A DNA stretch of 64,000 bases from an uncultured Candidatus Saccharibacteria bacterium (GCA_964641545.1 CAZXLT010000001.1:20094-84093); one strand, 5' to 3'. Positions 19,342 to 30,755 are shown, numbered from the stretch's first letter. Notes: generated from the sequence alone by a model not told the origin. Numbers and translations: made by a program.

Positions 19342-20563
19342 AGGAAACTATAAACAAGCCATTCGGACATTAAGAAAAGCCAAGTGGCGAAGCTTGCTAA
19401 CGATGTTTGGCATTATTGTTGGTGTAGTATCCGTGATTACGACTGTGAGCCTGGGTGAAGGTGTTAAGCGTCAGGTGCTTGGTCAGATCAACCAAATTGG
19501 CAATGACCTGGTAACTATTCGACCGGGCAAAATTGTAAAACGAGATTCGCGGGGCGTAATAACAGATGTTGATTTGGCCGCTTCTTACGGGTTCGGTTCT
19601 GGTAATCTAACGGAAAATGACCTACATGTGGTTGAGAAAACTCCGCATGTCCGCGCCGCGTCACCGCTAACAGTACTCAACAGCACTGCACGGAGTAACG
19701 ACATTGCATTTGACGGCCTCGTCCTTGGTACTTCACCGGAGTTCCCAGAGCTTCTTGGTAAAGAAATTGAGTATGGTAGTTATTTTACGAACGGAGAGCA
19801 AAATCGTCAGGTTGCAGTTATTGGGAAGCGTGTTGCCGAGCAGCTGTTTGAGGAAAATGTTCCAATTGGTCGATCATTCACTGTCCGCGGGCAAGACTTT
19901 ATTGTCCGCGGGGTAATGGAAGAATCGGGTAGCAGCGTGCTTGGCTCTAGCATAGATATAAACAAAGGCATCTTCATTCCGTATCCAGTTTCGAAAACCT
20001 TAGCCGATTCGAGCCCTCAGATGGTACAGATTCTTGCCAGACCGAACAAGACCGAGAAGCTGGACACCTTAATTGCAGAACTCAATAAGAATTTGATACG
20101 TTCACACAATGGTGAAGCAGACGTAACGGTGCTTAAGCAGGACGAAAACTTGGCGGTTACTAGTAGTTTACTAGACATGCTTACGGGGCTCGTCGCAGGA
20201 ATAGCGGCAATCTCGCTTGTAGTTGGCGGTATTGGAATTATGAATATTATGCTGGTGTCTGTTACTGAACGAACGCGAGAAATAGGTATTCGCAAGGCGG
20301 TTGGAGCGACCAACCGACAGATTCGTAATCAGTTCATAGTTGAAGCGGGAATACTTAGTTTTGTTGGTGGTCTGGTGGGAGTAATTTCGGCGTATTTTAT
20401 CAACTTCATTCTTCGGATTAGTACAAACCTAAAACCAGTCATAACTTGGCAGATAGTACTCATTGCAGTCGGGGTTTCGGCGGTCGTTGGGCTGTTATTT
20501 GGTCTTGCTCCTGCCATAAAGGCTGCGCGCAAAGATCCCATCGAAGCATTGCGCTACGAATAG
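19334..20563 (+). CDS. ABC transporter permease (MacB/FtsX family)
   Basis: RSLLTMFGIIVG, GGIGIMNIMLVSVTERTREIGIRKAVGA, PIEALRYE. Confidence 0.93.
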   Translation: MAKGNYKQAIRTLRKAKWRSLLTMFGIIVGVVSVITTVSLGEGVKRQVLGQINQIGNDLVTIRPGKIVKRDSRGVITDVDLAASYGFGSGNLTENDLHVVEKTPHVRAASPLTVLNSTARSNDIAFDGLVLGTSPEFPELLGKEIEYGSYFTNGEQNRQVAVIGKRVAEQLFEENVPIGRSFTVRGQDFIVRGVMEESGSSVLGSSIDINKGIFIPYPVSKTLADSSPQMVQILARPNKTEKLDTLIAELNKNLIRSHNGEADVTVLKQDENLAVTSSLLDMLTGLVAGIAAISLVVGGIGIMNIMLVSVTERTREIGIRKAVGATNRQIRNQFIVEAGILSFVGGLVGVISAYFINFILRISTNLKPVITWQIVLIAVGVSAVVGLLFGLAPAIKAARKDPIEALRYE

Positions 20564-20567
20564 AACT

Positions 20568-21848
20568 TTAGTCAAGCAGTATGGTTGCGAGGCCCAAGAA
20601 GGCCAAAAAACCCAGAACATCGGTTGCGGTTGTAATAAATATGGTTGCCGATGCTGCGGGGTCTTTGCGGAGTTTTGACATGATTAACGGCACCATGGTG
20701 CCAAAAAAAGCTGCCACCAGAAGGTTGATAATCATAGCAATCGCGAGAATGAGAGCGATACTGAAATCTCTGTTCAGCACAATTACGACTACGGCAACCA
20801 GCACGCCGTTAATTATCCCATTTATGAGGCTGGCACCAAGTTCGTTTACCAATGTACGCCAGGCAGTCCGCAGCTCAATTTGCTTTAAGGCGATACCGCG
20901 TACTTGTACTGCTAGTGTTTGGGTTGCTGCATTTCCGCCCATACCGGCAACAATCGGCATATAGATTGCCAGCAGAACGTACTTATCGAGGGTTTTTTCA
21001 AATAACCCTACCGTGAAAGCCGCTAGAAAAGCTGTACCAAGGTTAATGATAAGCCAACGGTAACGATTGCTGACTTTGGAGCGAGCCGAATCTGTCACGC
21101 TTTCTTCATTTTTAATACCGGCGAAGTTATACAAAGAGCCACCCTGCTCTTCTTCTACGACTTTCAACATATCGTCGGAATATATAATGCCGACAATTTC
21201 GTCTTTATCGTTAAGTACGGCAACTTTACTATGTGGATGCGTTCTAAATAAATCGACTACCTCGCGGCGGCGTGCAGCGTATGAAATAGTAGGCATCCGC
21301 TTTACGTATTTTTTTATAAGTTCTGTACGCGCAGCTATTCCCAACGAATGTCCGGGCAAGAATCCAACGAGCTTAGCGTCGTCTAATACCAGAATTACCG
21401 GAGGACGACCTGTTCTTTGCTCGTGGCTCATAAAGCGTTTTGCAACATCTTGCACGGTTTCTTTTGATTCAACTTGTATATAGTCCAAGGTCATAAGCCC
21501 AGCGGCTGTTTCCGGGTCGAATGCAAGCAATGTTGACAAAGAGTCTTTGAGCTCAGCGCTTAATAAATCTAAAACTTTTTCACGTTTTGTTTTTGTAATC
21601 ACCTGCAGGTAGTCAGTGCCTTCGTCGGGATCAACTGCCTGCAGCAGCTCGACGAAATCAGTTTCCGGCAGGCGCTGGAGTAAATCTTTGCGCACTGTGG
21701 AAGTGAGCGAACGCAACATCTCTACTCGTTTATCAGGAGTAAGACTTAAGAATAATTCCACTCGGCTATCTTTATAAAAAAGTATGTCTGCAAGTGCTAA
21801 TGGATTGACAGTAAGCGAGGGTAGCTTTTTCTTAATGAAATTAACCAT
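20568..21848 (-). CDS. mgtE: Magnesium transporter MgtE
   Basis: TAAGLMT CBS pair, GMGGNAATQT, DPAAS..FITTATDVLG. Confidence 0.92.
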   Translation of the reverse strand: MVNFIKKKLPSLTVNPLALADILFYKDSRVELFLSLTPDKRVEMLRSLTSTVRKDLLQRLPETDFVELLQAVDPDEGTDYLQVITKTKREKVLDLLSAELKDSLSTLLAFDPETAAGLMTLDYIQVESKETVQDVAKRFMSHEQRTGRPPVILVLDDAKLVGFLPGHSLGIAARTELIKKYVKRMPTISYAARRREVVDLFRTHPHSKVAVLNDKDEIVGIIYSDDMLKVVEEEQGGSLYNFAGIKNEESVTDSARSKVSNRYRWLIINLGTAFLAAFTVGLFEKTLDKYVLLAIYMPIVAGMGGNAATQTLAVQVRGIALKQIELRTAWRTLVNELGASLINGIINGVLVAVVVIVLNRDFSIALILAIAMIINLLVAAFFGTMVPLIMSKLRKDPAASATIFITTATDVLGFLAFLGLATILLD

Positions 21849-21873
21849 AATTTATATACTGGCAGTATACCAA

Positions 21874-22479
21874 CTAAAAAACTTGATTAAAAATGCCACC
21901 AACGGCAATACTTGCGATTACCATCAGACCTAGGCCTGCCAAACCAATAAGCGCTCCAAGAATCAGTAGTACTATGTCTTCTAGGATCATACTCAACCCA
22001 ATCACTACAACAGCTAATGCCGGTAGCGTATCGAGCCCCGCAAATGGGGGCGCAATAAACACGCCAATGGCAAAAAGAATCACAAAAAAGCCAGTAATTG
22101 CTCTGCCCAGTGGATGATCAATTGTGCTACCGAATCTTGGGCGCGAAAACTTTTCAAACCAACGAACTCTTTTTAGTAAAAACGGTAAGGCTTTTTTTTC
22201 TATCAACGACCCTAGCCTGCGGTCTCGTAGGCGCTTCGGAAGCCAAATGTTGCGTCTAGCTGCAATCATTTCAAGACCAAGTAAAAACGATACGGGTGCG
22301 GAAAGAAAATGACCGATACCTGCCGTAGGTAGCGGAAGTGCTGGTATGCACATAACTAGTATTAACGCGATCGCAAAACTTTTTTCACCAAAAAACTCCT
22401 GAAGTCCTCCTAAGGTCTTTGGCGTTTTGCTTGATAGCCACGTTTCTAATTCATTGCTAAATCTACTTCGCTGTGACAC
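21874..22479 (-). CDS. ExoD family exopolysaccharide biosynthesis membrane protein
   Basis: PALPLP, IWLPKRL, EKFSRPR, PPF..DTLPA, LED. Confidence 0.8.
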   Translation of the reverse strand: MSQRSRFSNELETWLSSKTPKTLGGLQEFFGEKSFAIALILVMCIPALPLPTAGIGHFLSAPVSFLLGLEMIAARRNIWLPKRLRDRRLGSLIEKKALPFLLKRVRWFEKFSRPRFGSTIDHPLGRAITGFFVILFAIGVFIAPPFAGLDTLPALAVVVIGLSMILEDIVLLILGALIGLAGLGLMVIASIAVGGIFNQVF

Positions 22480-22579
22480 TCCCTGATTCTACCCTAGAAA
22501 ACAGTAAAAAAATAGTTCAAATCATATATACAACCCGAACACAAATTTGTTACACTAATAACCATAATCGAAATTTGGG

Positions 22580-23113
22580 ATGCATGTTTTGACGAAGAAA
22601 TTATTACGTTTGCTTAGGGGCAAAAAGGTTTATTTGCTAGCAGCATTGCTCGTGATCTTGCTTGCTGGTGGGCTTGTATATAATTCAAGCTACAGAGCAA
22701 ACAGCCGCCCCGATCCTAAAGACGCCAAAAAAACAAATTCAAAAATAGAAGAGCTTAAAAAACCTGAGTATGAAGTGCTAAGCCAAGGCGCAGCGCCTAA
22801 TAAGCGCTTTACGGTCTACGTGAAAACACAAAATACTAAACAAATCGAGTTGCTGAATAAGGACTTAAAAGTAGGCTTCAGAAAAACAACAAAAGGCGAT
22901 TTCTACATAGACTACTTTGACGATAAAGAAGTTGCCACGACTTTCTTTGCGCGAGCCAACGACCCTAAGCTTTCGCTTGCAGTTAAGCAAGAGCTTGTAA
23001 CCCACTATATTGGTGTCTACGCCAACATGAATTCCAAAGAAACCCTGTTATTCCCCGCAAAGACCGCCAAAGACGCCATGAAACGCACTAGTAACAGTGG
23101 TGACACAAATTAG
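22580..23113 (+). CDS. Membrane-anchored hypothetical protein
   Basis: N-terminal TM/signal, Lys-rich. Confidence 0.6.
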   Translation: MHVLTKKLLRLLRGKKVYLLAALLVILLAGGLVYNSSYRANSRPDPKDAKKTNSKIEELKKPEYEVLSQGAAPNKRFTVYVKTQNTKQIELLNKDLKVGFRKTTKGDFYIDYFDDKEVATTFFARANDPKLSLAVKQELVTHYIGVYANMNSKETLLFPAKTAKDAMKRTSNSGDTN

Positions 23114-23161
23114 TTTGCATAAGCGTAATCTGATACAATGTTGGGGTTACGGTAGAGGTAC

Positions 23162-26100
23162 ATGAAACAGAAAAATTTGGTTGCAAAGAGGTCGCTCATA
23201 CAAGCTGTCCTGGCTCCTGTTAAAAGCACCTTACTAACACCTTTGAAATCCAGTGCACCTGCACGCCTCGCGAGCATTTTAAGTGCCACGCTTGTTATCG
23301 GCATCATGATATTTAGTAGCGTTAACCCGGCAGTCGTTAGCGCCTTTTCTGTGTACAACCAGAGCGATTGGTCTGGAGGAACCGGCTCAGACCCGTCAAA
23401 TCAGTATCAAACTGGAAATAATGTAACCCACTCTACGGCAGGCGAGATTACTCCTGCAAATGTGCACTCCGATTGGTGTTCGACTGCCAACTGTGATAGT
23501 AACTGGACTCGAAGAAGGGCTGTATGGATTGACAACTATGATGGTCATTTAAGCGGAACAGATAGACAGATCAAGATTGATATTCCTTACGACCCAGACA
23601 TGCAGGCAGATTTTGATGACATACGCTTTGTAAATAGCGCCGGCGACACAGACATTGACCATCACTTTATATATTGGGATTACGATAATACGGTCGCTAT
23701 CGTCAAAGTCCCCACCATCGCGCCAAACGCGGTAACTGAATTTTATATGTACTACGGGAATGCGAGTGCGTCTTCTTCAGATAGTATCGACGCTGTAAAT
23801 TTTGCCGACGGCTTTAGTAGCGGTGGTGTTTTGGGTCCGCAATGGACAGCCGGAGGAAGCTATAGCCTAAATGGTGACGAACTGACCTTCAGCGGGTACG
23901 GAAATACCGTAGCGTCAACTGCAGACTTTGACAGAAGCAACGACCGCATGGTCGAAGCCGACATAAAAGTAGATCTCTCGGGTATTAATTGCGAAGATTT
24001 TGCATGGACCGGCAACATGTACGCAACCACATACTTAAGTGTTACTTTCGCAAAACCAACCCAGTGTGATTCTGGCAATAAATACCACTCTATTATTAAT
24101 AAGTGGCGTGAAGATATTTCTTCTGTCTATGATGTACAGAGCCCGGTCAATATGTATGACGACACATATTATCGAGTACGTGCGCTGGTAAAAGCTTCTG
24201 GTGGCACTGACTACTATGTGAGCACAGACGGAGGTGCAAGCTTTTCGTCACTCAATGCTGATCCGAGCGATGAAACTGAAAATTCCCGATTTAAAATGTT
24301 TATTGAAGGGGTGCCGGTTACACTCCGCAATGTGGTTATGTATGACGAGCTATATACAACGCCCGTTATTGGTGTTGAGCAATTTGCTGGCGGCAAAACG
24401 GGCTACTTTATTACGCCTTTTTATGACATGGGCTCAGCAAATACACAGTTTGGCGATATAAACTTGACCACATCCGGCGGAACCGTTATGGATACTGACG
24501 TGTTTGCGTTCACTGCCGACAGCCCGGTTATTGGTGTTGATCCACGATTTTGCGGTGTGCTCGAAAGTGGTCAGGATATAAATGACTCAACGTGTGCAGA
24601 AAACGGACATCGCTACATTGCTTTTCTGATTTTTATGTCCGGAGACTCGTCTGGTGATTATGCCTTGTCGGATATTGACTTTGAATATCTCGAAGATAGT
24701 TCCCCGCCCCCAACCAATGCAAGCAATATTGTAATTAAGAAAAATGCAGGTAGTGCGACTATCTCCGAGGGTAGTTGGTCGAATGATAATTCCCCATTCT
24801 TCTCGTGGGATGCAGGTGAAGATGGTCCAGACGAATCAGGCATAAAAGGTTACTGCTTGTATTTAGGTACCGAAAGTTCGGCCGACCCAGCTTCCACACA
24901 AGGCATATTGCCAGGTTCTTCGCCGCTCGATGTCAACAATGCATGTCCTTACGCTGTTAGCGGCACAGAACTTGACCTATCTTCGTCCGTATCAATGAAC
25001 ACGCCTGAGACATATTATTTTAGTGTTAAGGCTATTGATAACCTCAACTTCATCTACACAGGATCAGCGGCGCAAACAAACTATAAGTATGATGGCAACG
25101 ATCCCTTCATCGGAACATTATTCACTGCCCCTGCCGTCACCAATACCAAAGAGTTTCGTGTTACGTGGCTAACCAACGGTGGTGCGAATGCCTATGACAA
25201 CGAATCGGGGCTTGCGGGCATGAAGTACTGCGTGACTAATATGTTGATTGGGATGTCTGGCTGCAACGAAGACGACAATAACTGGTACGGTACCGCTCAC
25301 ACTGGGAGTGGGAGCGTAACCGACACGAGCGATGTTATAGATTTTAGCGAAGGATCAATTGTCATGAAGCCTGCGGACGCTGCTAGATTAGACGATTCGA
25401 TTGCATTTGTAAATTTTGTTTTTATCTCAGGAATCGATTATGCGGGCAACGTTCAGGGCCCAAGCCTATCTGCTGTTGTCGTAACTAATTTGGCGGCTGG
25501 GGCGCCCTCAAATTTGCAGGTTACACCAACGAGCAATACCGCCAACGCATTCTCCTTTAATTGGGACCCCCCATCTGGTGGCGGTTATACATATTTCGGC
25601 GATGAAAGTACCCTGGACTACTGTTGGTCGGTCAATGAGCCGATTAACGAAAACGCCACGAACTGTAACTGGACGGGCCAAGGAATCGAAACGCTTGCTT
25701 CTGGGCCATACGCAACACAGCAAGGCACCAACACGTTGTATATGATCACTAAGGATCAGTCTGGTAATGTGAATAATGATAACGTTGCGAGCGTTACTTT
25801 TTCTGCATCTACGACGGCTCCTGGTGCACCGCAGGATCTTGAAATATCAGATGTTTCGACAAGAGCTACAAGTAGTTGGAAGCTCGCGATGTCTTGGTCT
25901 GAACCAGATCAGCCCGGCGCAGGCATTAGTAGTTACCGCATATATCGCTCTACCGACAATAGTAATTTTACGCAGGTCGGTTCTACGTCAAACGCAAATC
26001 TTAGCTTCATTGACTCTGGTTTAAATCAGTTAACGTACTACTACCATATTAAGGCGTGCGATAACGCTGGGAGCTGTGGTGTAGCCAGTAACGTGGCAAG

Positions 26101-27346
26101 CCGCCTGCCAACAGGACGCTTTACTTCCCCTGCAAAGCTAACGGCAGACACTGATCAGCCCAAGGTCAAAGATATAGGAACGCGCAAGGCAACGATTTAT
26201 TGGTTTACCGATAGAGAAAGTGATAGCAAAATTGCCTACGGGACGAAATCCGGAACCTACTTACAAGATGAAACTGGTAACTCGACACAGACCTCGAACC
26301 ACTCAGTCAATCTATCAAATTTGCAACCGGGAACAACATATTACTACATAGCGAAATGGACGGATGGGGATGGAAACACGGGGACCTCCACGGAGAGATC
26401 ATTCACAACCGAGCCTGCGCCAACAGTTAGCGAAGTTGAGCCATTGAAGGTTTCAATAACCAGCGCGGATATTAAGTTTAAAACCAAAAATGCTAGCAAA
26501 GTGACTCTGTTGTACGGCAAAAGTGAAGGCTTTGGCGGTATACAATCAATAAACACCTCAATAATTGAGTCGTTCTACACCCTGAGCCTGAGTGACCTCG
26601 ATGACGGGACAAAGTATTTCTTCAAGCTAAACACGGTAGATGCTGACGGGAACGACTACAGCGGTGACGTGTATAGCTTTACTACCCCCGCACGCCCAAG
26701 AATTAGTAACTTGCGTTTCCAGCCTGTCGAGGGATCCCCGAGCAGCACACAGAAGGTCTCGTGGACAACAAACGTTCCGGCAACCTCTGCACTCACCTAC
26801 CAACAACGAGGGGGAGTCAGTAAAGAGGTAATTGATTCAAAGCTCGTTACAGAACACGAACTCACCATCCAGGGCTTAGAGGATGATTCAGACTATAGCC
26901 TAATTGCTCGCTCTGTAGACGGAGCTGGGAATGCTGCCGTCAGTGATACGCAGACGTTTCGCACCGCGCTTGATACACGAGCTCCAAAAATCAGTGATCT
27001 TAATGTTGAAACATCCATTCGTGGTACTGGCTCTGAAGCTCGGGGCCAAATAATTGTTTCGTGGAAAACAGATGAAAAAGCTTCCAGCCAAGTTGCTTTT
27101 GGACCTGGTCAGTCCGGTGCCTTTACCAACCAGACACCGGTTGATAACAAGTTAACAACCGAACATGTTGTGATCGTGTCTGACCTTGCTACATCGAGTA
27201 TTTACCGTGTACAGGCAATTTCCACCGACAAAGCAAACAACGCAGGCAACTCGGAAAGTCAATCAGCCATAATAGGACGTGGTAGCGAAAATGTATTCAG
27301 CATTATTTTCAATGCATTACAGAAGATTTTTGGGGTGGGAGGTTAG
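23162..27346 (+). CDS. Large surface protein with DUF2341-like and multiple fibronectin type III domains
   Basis: Signal/TM; DFDDIRF...VKVP...YMYYGN (DUF2341-like); repeated FN3 (W.TD..S.S.I.YG, L.PGTTYYY). Confidence 0.8.
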   Translation: MKQKNLVAKRSLIQAVLAPVKSTLLTPLKSSAPARLASILSATLVIGIMIFSSVNPAVVSAFSVYNQSDWSGGTGSDPSNQYQTGNNVTHSTAGEITPANVHSDWCSTANCDSNWTRRRAVWIDNYDGHLSGTDRQIKIDIPYDPDMQADFDDIRFVNSAGDTDIDHHFIYWDYDNTVAIVKVPTIAPNAVTEFYMYYGNASASSSDSIDAVNFADGFSSGGVLGPQWTAGGSYSLNGDELTFSGYGNTVASTADFDRSNDRMVEADIKVDLSGINCEDFAWTGNMYATTYLSVTFAKPTQCDSGNKYHSIINKWREDISSVYDVQSPVNMYDDTYYRVRALVKASGGTDYYVSTDGGASFSSLNADPSDETENSRFKMFIEGVPVTLRNVVMYDELYTTPVIGVEQFAGGKTGYFITPFYDMGSANTQFGDINLTTSGGTVMDTDVFAFTADSPVIGVDPRFCGVLESGQDINDSTCAENGHRYIAFLIFMSGDSSGDYALSDIDFEYLEDSSPPPTNASNIVIKKNAGSATISEGSWSNDNSPFFSWDAGEDGPDESGIKGYCLYLGTESSADPASTQGILPGSSPLDVNNACPYAVSGTELDLSSSVSMNTPETYYFSVKAIDNLNFIYTGSAAQTNYKYDGNDPFIGTLFTAPAVTNTKEFRVTWLTNGGANAYDNESGLAGMKYCVTNMLIGMSGCNEDDNNWYGTAHTGSGSVTDTSDVIDFSEGSIVMKPADAARLDDSIAFVNFVFISGIDYAGNVQGPSLSAVVVTNLAAGAPSNLQVTPTSNTANAFSFNWDPPSGGGYTYFGDESTLDYCWSVNEPINENATNCNWTGQGIETLASGPYATQQGTNTLYMITKDQSGNVNNDNVASVTFSASTTAPGAPQDLEISDVSTRATSSWKLAMSWSEPDQPGAGISSYRIYRSTDNSNFTQVGSTSNANLSFIDSGLNQLTYYYHIKACDNAGSCGVASNVASRLPTGRFTSPAKLTADTDQPKVKDIGTRKATIYWFTDRESDSKIAYGTKSGTYLQDETGNSTQTSNHSVNLSNLQPGTTYYYIAKWTDGDGNTGTSTERSFTTEPAPTVSEVEPLKVSITSADIKFKTKNASKVTLLYGKSEGFGGIQSINTSIIESFYTLSLSDLDDGTKYFFKLNTVDADGNDYSGDVYSFTTPARPRISNLRFQPVEGSPSSTQKVSWTTNVPATSALTYQQRGGVSKEVIDSKLVTEHELTIQGLEDDSDYSLIARSVDGAGNAAVSDTQTFRTALDTRAPKISDLNVETSIRGTGSEARGQIIVSWKTDEKASSQVAFGPGQSGAFTNQTPVDNKLTTEHVVIVSDLATSSIYRVQAISTDKANNAGNSESQSAIIGRGSENVFSIIFNALQKIFGVGG

Positions 27347-27373
27347 CCGGAAATTTAGGCTAACTAATTATCT

Positions 27374-28153
27374 ATGGCAGCAGACACACTTGTGAGATTC
27401 GAGCACATTAGCAAGCAGTACCAAACCCAGGATGGGACGGTACAGGTGCTAAAAGACGTCAATTTCGAAATAAAAAAGAATACGTTTACAATTCTTTATG
27501 GTCCGTCCGGAAGTGGAAAAACTACCATACTCAATATGATACTTGGACTCCTGCCCCCTTCTGCTGGTCGGGTCTATGTAAACGGACAGAACTTGTATCA
27601 GATGAACCAGAACGAGCGTGCAAAATTCCGTGCGCAGCATTTCGGAAGTGTATATCAGACAAATAACTGGATCAGTAGTTTAGATGTGCTTGAAAACATC
27701 GCTCTACCCCTGTATTTATCGGGCATGGATCGTGTGAAGGCGACAAAAGAAGCCAAAGAAAGCTTGCGTCGCGTTGATCTTGAGCGCTTAGCCAGCATGA
27801 GTCCGCAAGTACTCTCGATTGGTCAACAGCAACGAATCTCGATGGCGCGCGCCACAGTAACGGTTCCACTCCTCTTGGTTGCAGATGAGCCAACCGGAAA
27901 CCTTGATAGTAAAAATGGCGATATGATTATGCGTTTAATAATGTCGTTTAAAAACGACCATAATTCAACCATTATTCTCGTTACCCATAACAGCGACTAC
28001 TTGCCCTTAAGTGATCATCGTTTATTCATCGCAGACGGTATCGTTAACGAAGATGAAGGTGGATACAAGTCCGAAGTAAACGAGAAATTCAATAAAGTTG
28101 CTAGCATGATTGGACTTGGAAAATCAGCCCGCGAGGTCACTAGTGGTAAATAA
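27374..28153 (+). CDS. ABC transporter ATP-binding protein
   Basis: GPSGSGKT, LSIGQQQR, ADEPTGNLD, VTH. Confidence 0.92.
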   Translation: MAADTLVRFEHISKQYQTQDGTVQVLKDVNFEIKKNTFTILYGPSGSGKTTILNMILGLLPPSAGRVYVNGQNLYQMNQNERAKFRAQHFGSVYQTNNWISSLDVLENIALPLYLSGMDRVKATKEAKESLRRVDLERLASMSPQVLSIGQQQRISMARATVTVPLLLVADEPTGNLDSKNGDMIMRLIMSFKNDHNSTIILVTHNSDYLPLSDHRLFIADGIVNEDEGGYKSEVNEKFNKVASMIGLGKSAREVTSGK

Positions 28154-29387
28154 AGAAAAGAACAGTTTTGCTTCTGCGCCAGCCCGTAACGGGGGCGTTA
28201 TCCAGTACCACATCCTTTTCCGAATGGCGTTTAAGAACCTAACTTTTAAGAAATTGCGTACGACTTTGACAGTGCTAAGTGTGGTTATAGGCATTGGCGC
28301 AATTGTGTTCTTGCTTTCATTTGGTCTTGGACTGCAAGACCTGGTAAGTAAGCAAGTTATAGGTTCTAGCTCGGTACAAACTATAGATGTCACGTCAGCA
28401 CGCTCAAAAGTATTAAAACTTAACAACGAAGCGGCTGAGCAAATTAAAGCCCTTTCTAACGTCCGAGACGTAGGTAAATCATATAGTAGCGCCGGTAAAG
28501 CCAAGCTCGGCAGTTCGCAAACAGAAACGGTGGTGTTTGCGGCTGATGGTACATTTACTGGACTAAGTAGTCTGAACTTCAGCGCTGGCAAAATACTTGG
28601 GGAGGGCGCACAAGATGGTTTAATGATTAATGATTCGTTAGTGAAAGCGTTGGGAATCGGTAGTGCCAAAGATGCAACAGATAAAAAAATCTCGATTAGC
28701 TTCGGAGTAGTAAATGCGGAAGGTGCTAAAAAAACAGTAACGAAGGAACTTACTGTACGAGGCGTGTATCAGAGCGATTCTCGTGCCGAGGTGTTTATTG
28801 ATAGTTCACTGGTTGAGAGAGAAGGTATGCAGGACGCCACGCAGCTTAAGGTTGTAGCAGACAATCGTGACGCTGTGCCAACTATAAGAAAAGCGATAGA
28901 AGGTCTTGGCTTCGTAACATCTTCGCCACTCGATACGTTGGACCAGATTAACCAGGTGTTTACCTTGCTCCGTCTTGTGTTGGTTGGTTTCGGTGGTATT
29001 GGGATGGTGATTGCTATTTTGGGTATGTTTAATACGCTCACCATTTCTCTGCTCGAGAGAACTCGAGAAATTGGCCTAATGATTTCGCTAGGTGCCCGTA
29101 AGCAAGATGTTAAACGCTTATTTATAACAGAAGCGCTGATGCTTTCGTTCCTCGGAGGCTTCTTTGGTGTACTGGGTGCAATCATTATTGGTTCGGTTGC
29201 AAACGCGGTGTTAAATAACTATGCACGTGGCAACGGCGTGGCTGAGTCAATTAAGGTATTTATTATTTCCCCTTCCCTCGTTTTTGTTACCCTGTTGCTG
29301 AGCGCATTGGTGGGTCTTTTTGTTGTATACTTCCCCGCACGAAGGGCGGCCCAGATTAACCCAATAGAAGCGTTGCATAATGAGTAA
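28110..29387 (+). CDS. ABC transporter permease (FtsX/MacB family)
   Basis: RTTLTVLSVVIGI, NTLTISLLERTREIG, PARRAA..NPIEAL. Confidence 0.9.
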   Translation: MDLENQPARSLVVNKEKNSFASAPARNGGVIQYHILFRMAFKNLTFKKLRTTLTVLSVVIGIGAIVFLLSFGLGLQDLVSKQVIGSSSVQTIDVTSARSKVLKLNNEAAEQIKALSNVRDVGKSYSSAGKAKLGSSQTETVVFAADGTFTGLSSLNFSAGKILGEGAQDGLMINDSLVKALGIGSAKDATDKKISISFGVVNAEGAKKTVTKELTVRGVYQSDSRAEVFIDSSLVEREGMQDATQLKVVADNRDAVPTIRKAIEGLGFVTSSPLDTLDQINQVFTLLRLVLVGFGGIGMVIAILGMFNTLTISLLERTREIGLMISLGARKQDVKRLFITEALMLSFLGGFFGVLGAIIIGSVANAVLNNYARGNGVAESIKVFIISPSLVFVTLLLSALVGLFVVYFPARRAAQINPIEALHNE

Positions 29388-29754
29388 AAGCACCATTCTA
29401 GTTGTAGATGATGAAAAAGTGTTATCAGATGCCTATGAGATTGTTCTCAAAAAAGCTGGATTTACTGTGTTTGTCGCCAATGATGGACTCGAGGCTGTGA
29501 CGCTAGCGGAGTCTGAAAAACCAAGAGTGATGCTTTTAGACATGTTGATGCCTGAAATGAATGGAATTGATGTTCTAAAAAAGTTAAAAGACAAAAAAGT
29601 ACTCGACACCATTACAGTTATTGCATTCAGCAATATTGAAAATCCAGAAGTTATTTCCGCAGCTAAAAAGCTTGGTGTTAAGAATTACCTCCTTAAGGTT
29701 GACTACACACCCCACCAGGTAGTAGATCTCGTAAAGTCGTTAATAAGTAAATAG
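29380..29754 (+). CDS. Single-domain response regulator
   Basis: ILVVDDE, LLDMLMPEMNG, YLLK. Confidence 0.9.
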   Translation: MSKSTILVVDDEKVLSDAYEIVLKKAGFTVFVANDGLEAVTLAESEKPRVMLLDMLMPEMNGIDVLKKLKDKKVLDTITVIAFSNIENPEVISAAKKLGVKNYLLKVDYTPHQVVDLVKSLISK

Positions 29755-29828
29755 TTCCCAAGCTGTTGTGGAGCGCTGCTTTAAGGTATACTAATGCATA
29801 AGCATTATTAAAACCAAAGTAGTCTCAT

Positions 29829-30755
29829 ATGACCCGTATTTTTCACAATACTGCGAAAGCACCTGAATTATTGGAGCTAGCCCAGCCAATTGATGGGTCA
29901 TGGTTGCATTTCGAAGCTCCGACTGAGGCGGAACTACGGAAGCTTGCGTCTCGCTACAATCTTGACGAAGACTTGTTAATTGATGGTATTGACCCAAACG
30001 AATCTCCACGCATTGAACGTGACCGGGGTGCCATCTACATATTTACCCGGTTTTGTTTGCCTATCGAGGAAAAACTAACCACATCCCCACTCCTTATTGT
30101 CCATGCCGGTGGTTTGGTCATTACCATTAGCCGCCGTCCATTTACGAACTTAAACCAGATTATCTCTGGTGAAACAGGGATAATCACTAGCAAACGAACG
30201 CAGTTGATACTACAGATATTAAGTGTGGTCAATAAGGGGTATAAGCAACGTATTAATCATGCCAGTCGACGCATATGGCAGATACGTGCTCAGCTCGAGA
30301 AGACACAAATTGCAAATGAAGATTTTATTAGTTTTATCGACATCGAGGAAGACTTGAATGACTTTTTGCTTGTACTCGAGCCGATGGCGAATTTACTTGG
30401 AAATTTATATAATGGTAAATTTGTTCGACTGTACGAGGAAGATCGCGATTTAATTGAAGATCTTCAATTAAGCACTGACGAGTTAACAATGTTGGCGCAA
30501 TCTCACCTAAACACACTACGTAATGTGCGCGAAGCGTACAGCACCATAACGGCAAACAACTTAAATCGAGTATTTAAGTTAATGACAAGTATCACAATAC
30601 TTATGGGCATTTTTACGCTTATCACTGGCGTTTATAGCATGAACATTAGCCTGCCGGCAGCACACAACCCGAATGCCTTTTGGATAATTCTAGGCGTTAC
30701 CAGTGTTATGATTGGTGGCGCTGCCTGGTTTTTCAAGCGTAACAAGTGGTTTTAG
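29829..30755 (+). CDS. corA: CorA family Mg2+ transporter
   Basis: DPNESPRIE, NNLNRVFKLMT, YSMN variant of the GMN motif, two C-terminal TMs ending KWF. Confidence 0.88.
   Translation: MTRIFHNTAKAPELLELAQPIDGSWLHFEAPTEAELRKLASRYNLDEDLLIDGIDPNESPRIERDRGAIYIFTRFCLPIEEKLTTSPLLIVHAGGLVITISRRPFTNLNQIISGETGIITSKRTQLILQILSVVNKGYKQRINHASRRIWQIRAQLEKTQIANEDFISFIDIEEDLNDFLLVLEPMANLLGNLYNGKFVRLYEEDRDLIEDLQLSTDELTMLAQSHLNTLRNVREAYSTITANNLNRVFKLMTSITILMGIFTLITGVYSMNISLPAAHNPNAFWIILGVTSVMIGGAAWFFKRNKWF

Noticed and set aside
28124-29185. Long antisense ORFs (28124..28669, 28769..29185 and similar ones opposite other genes)
   Set aside because: They are shadows of well-supported genes on the other strand and carry no motifs.
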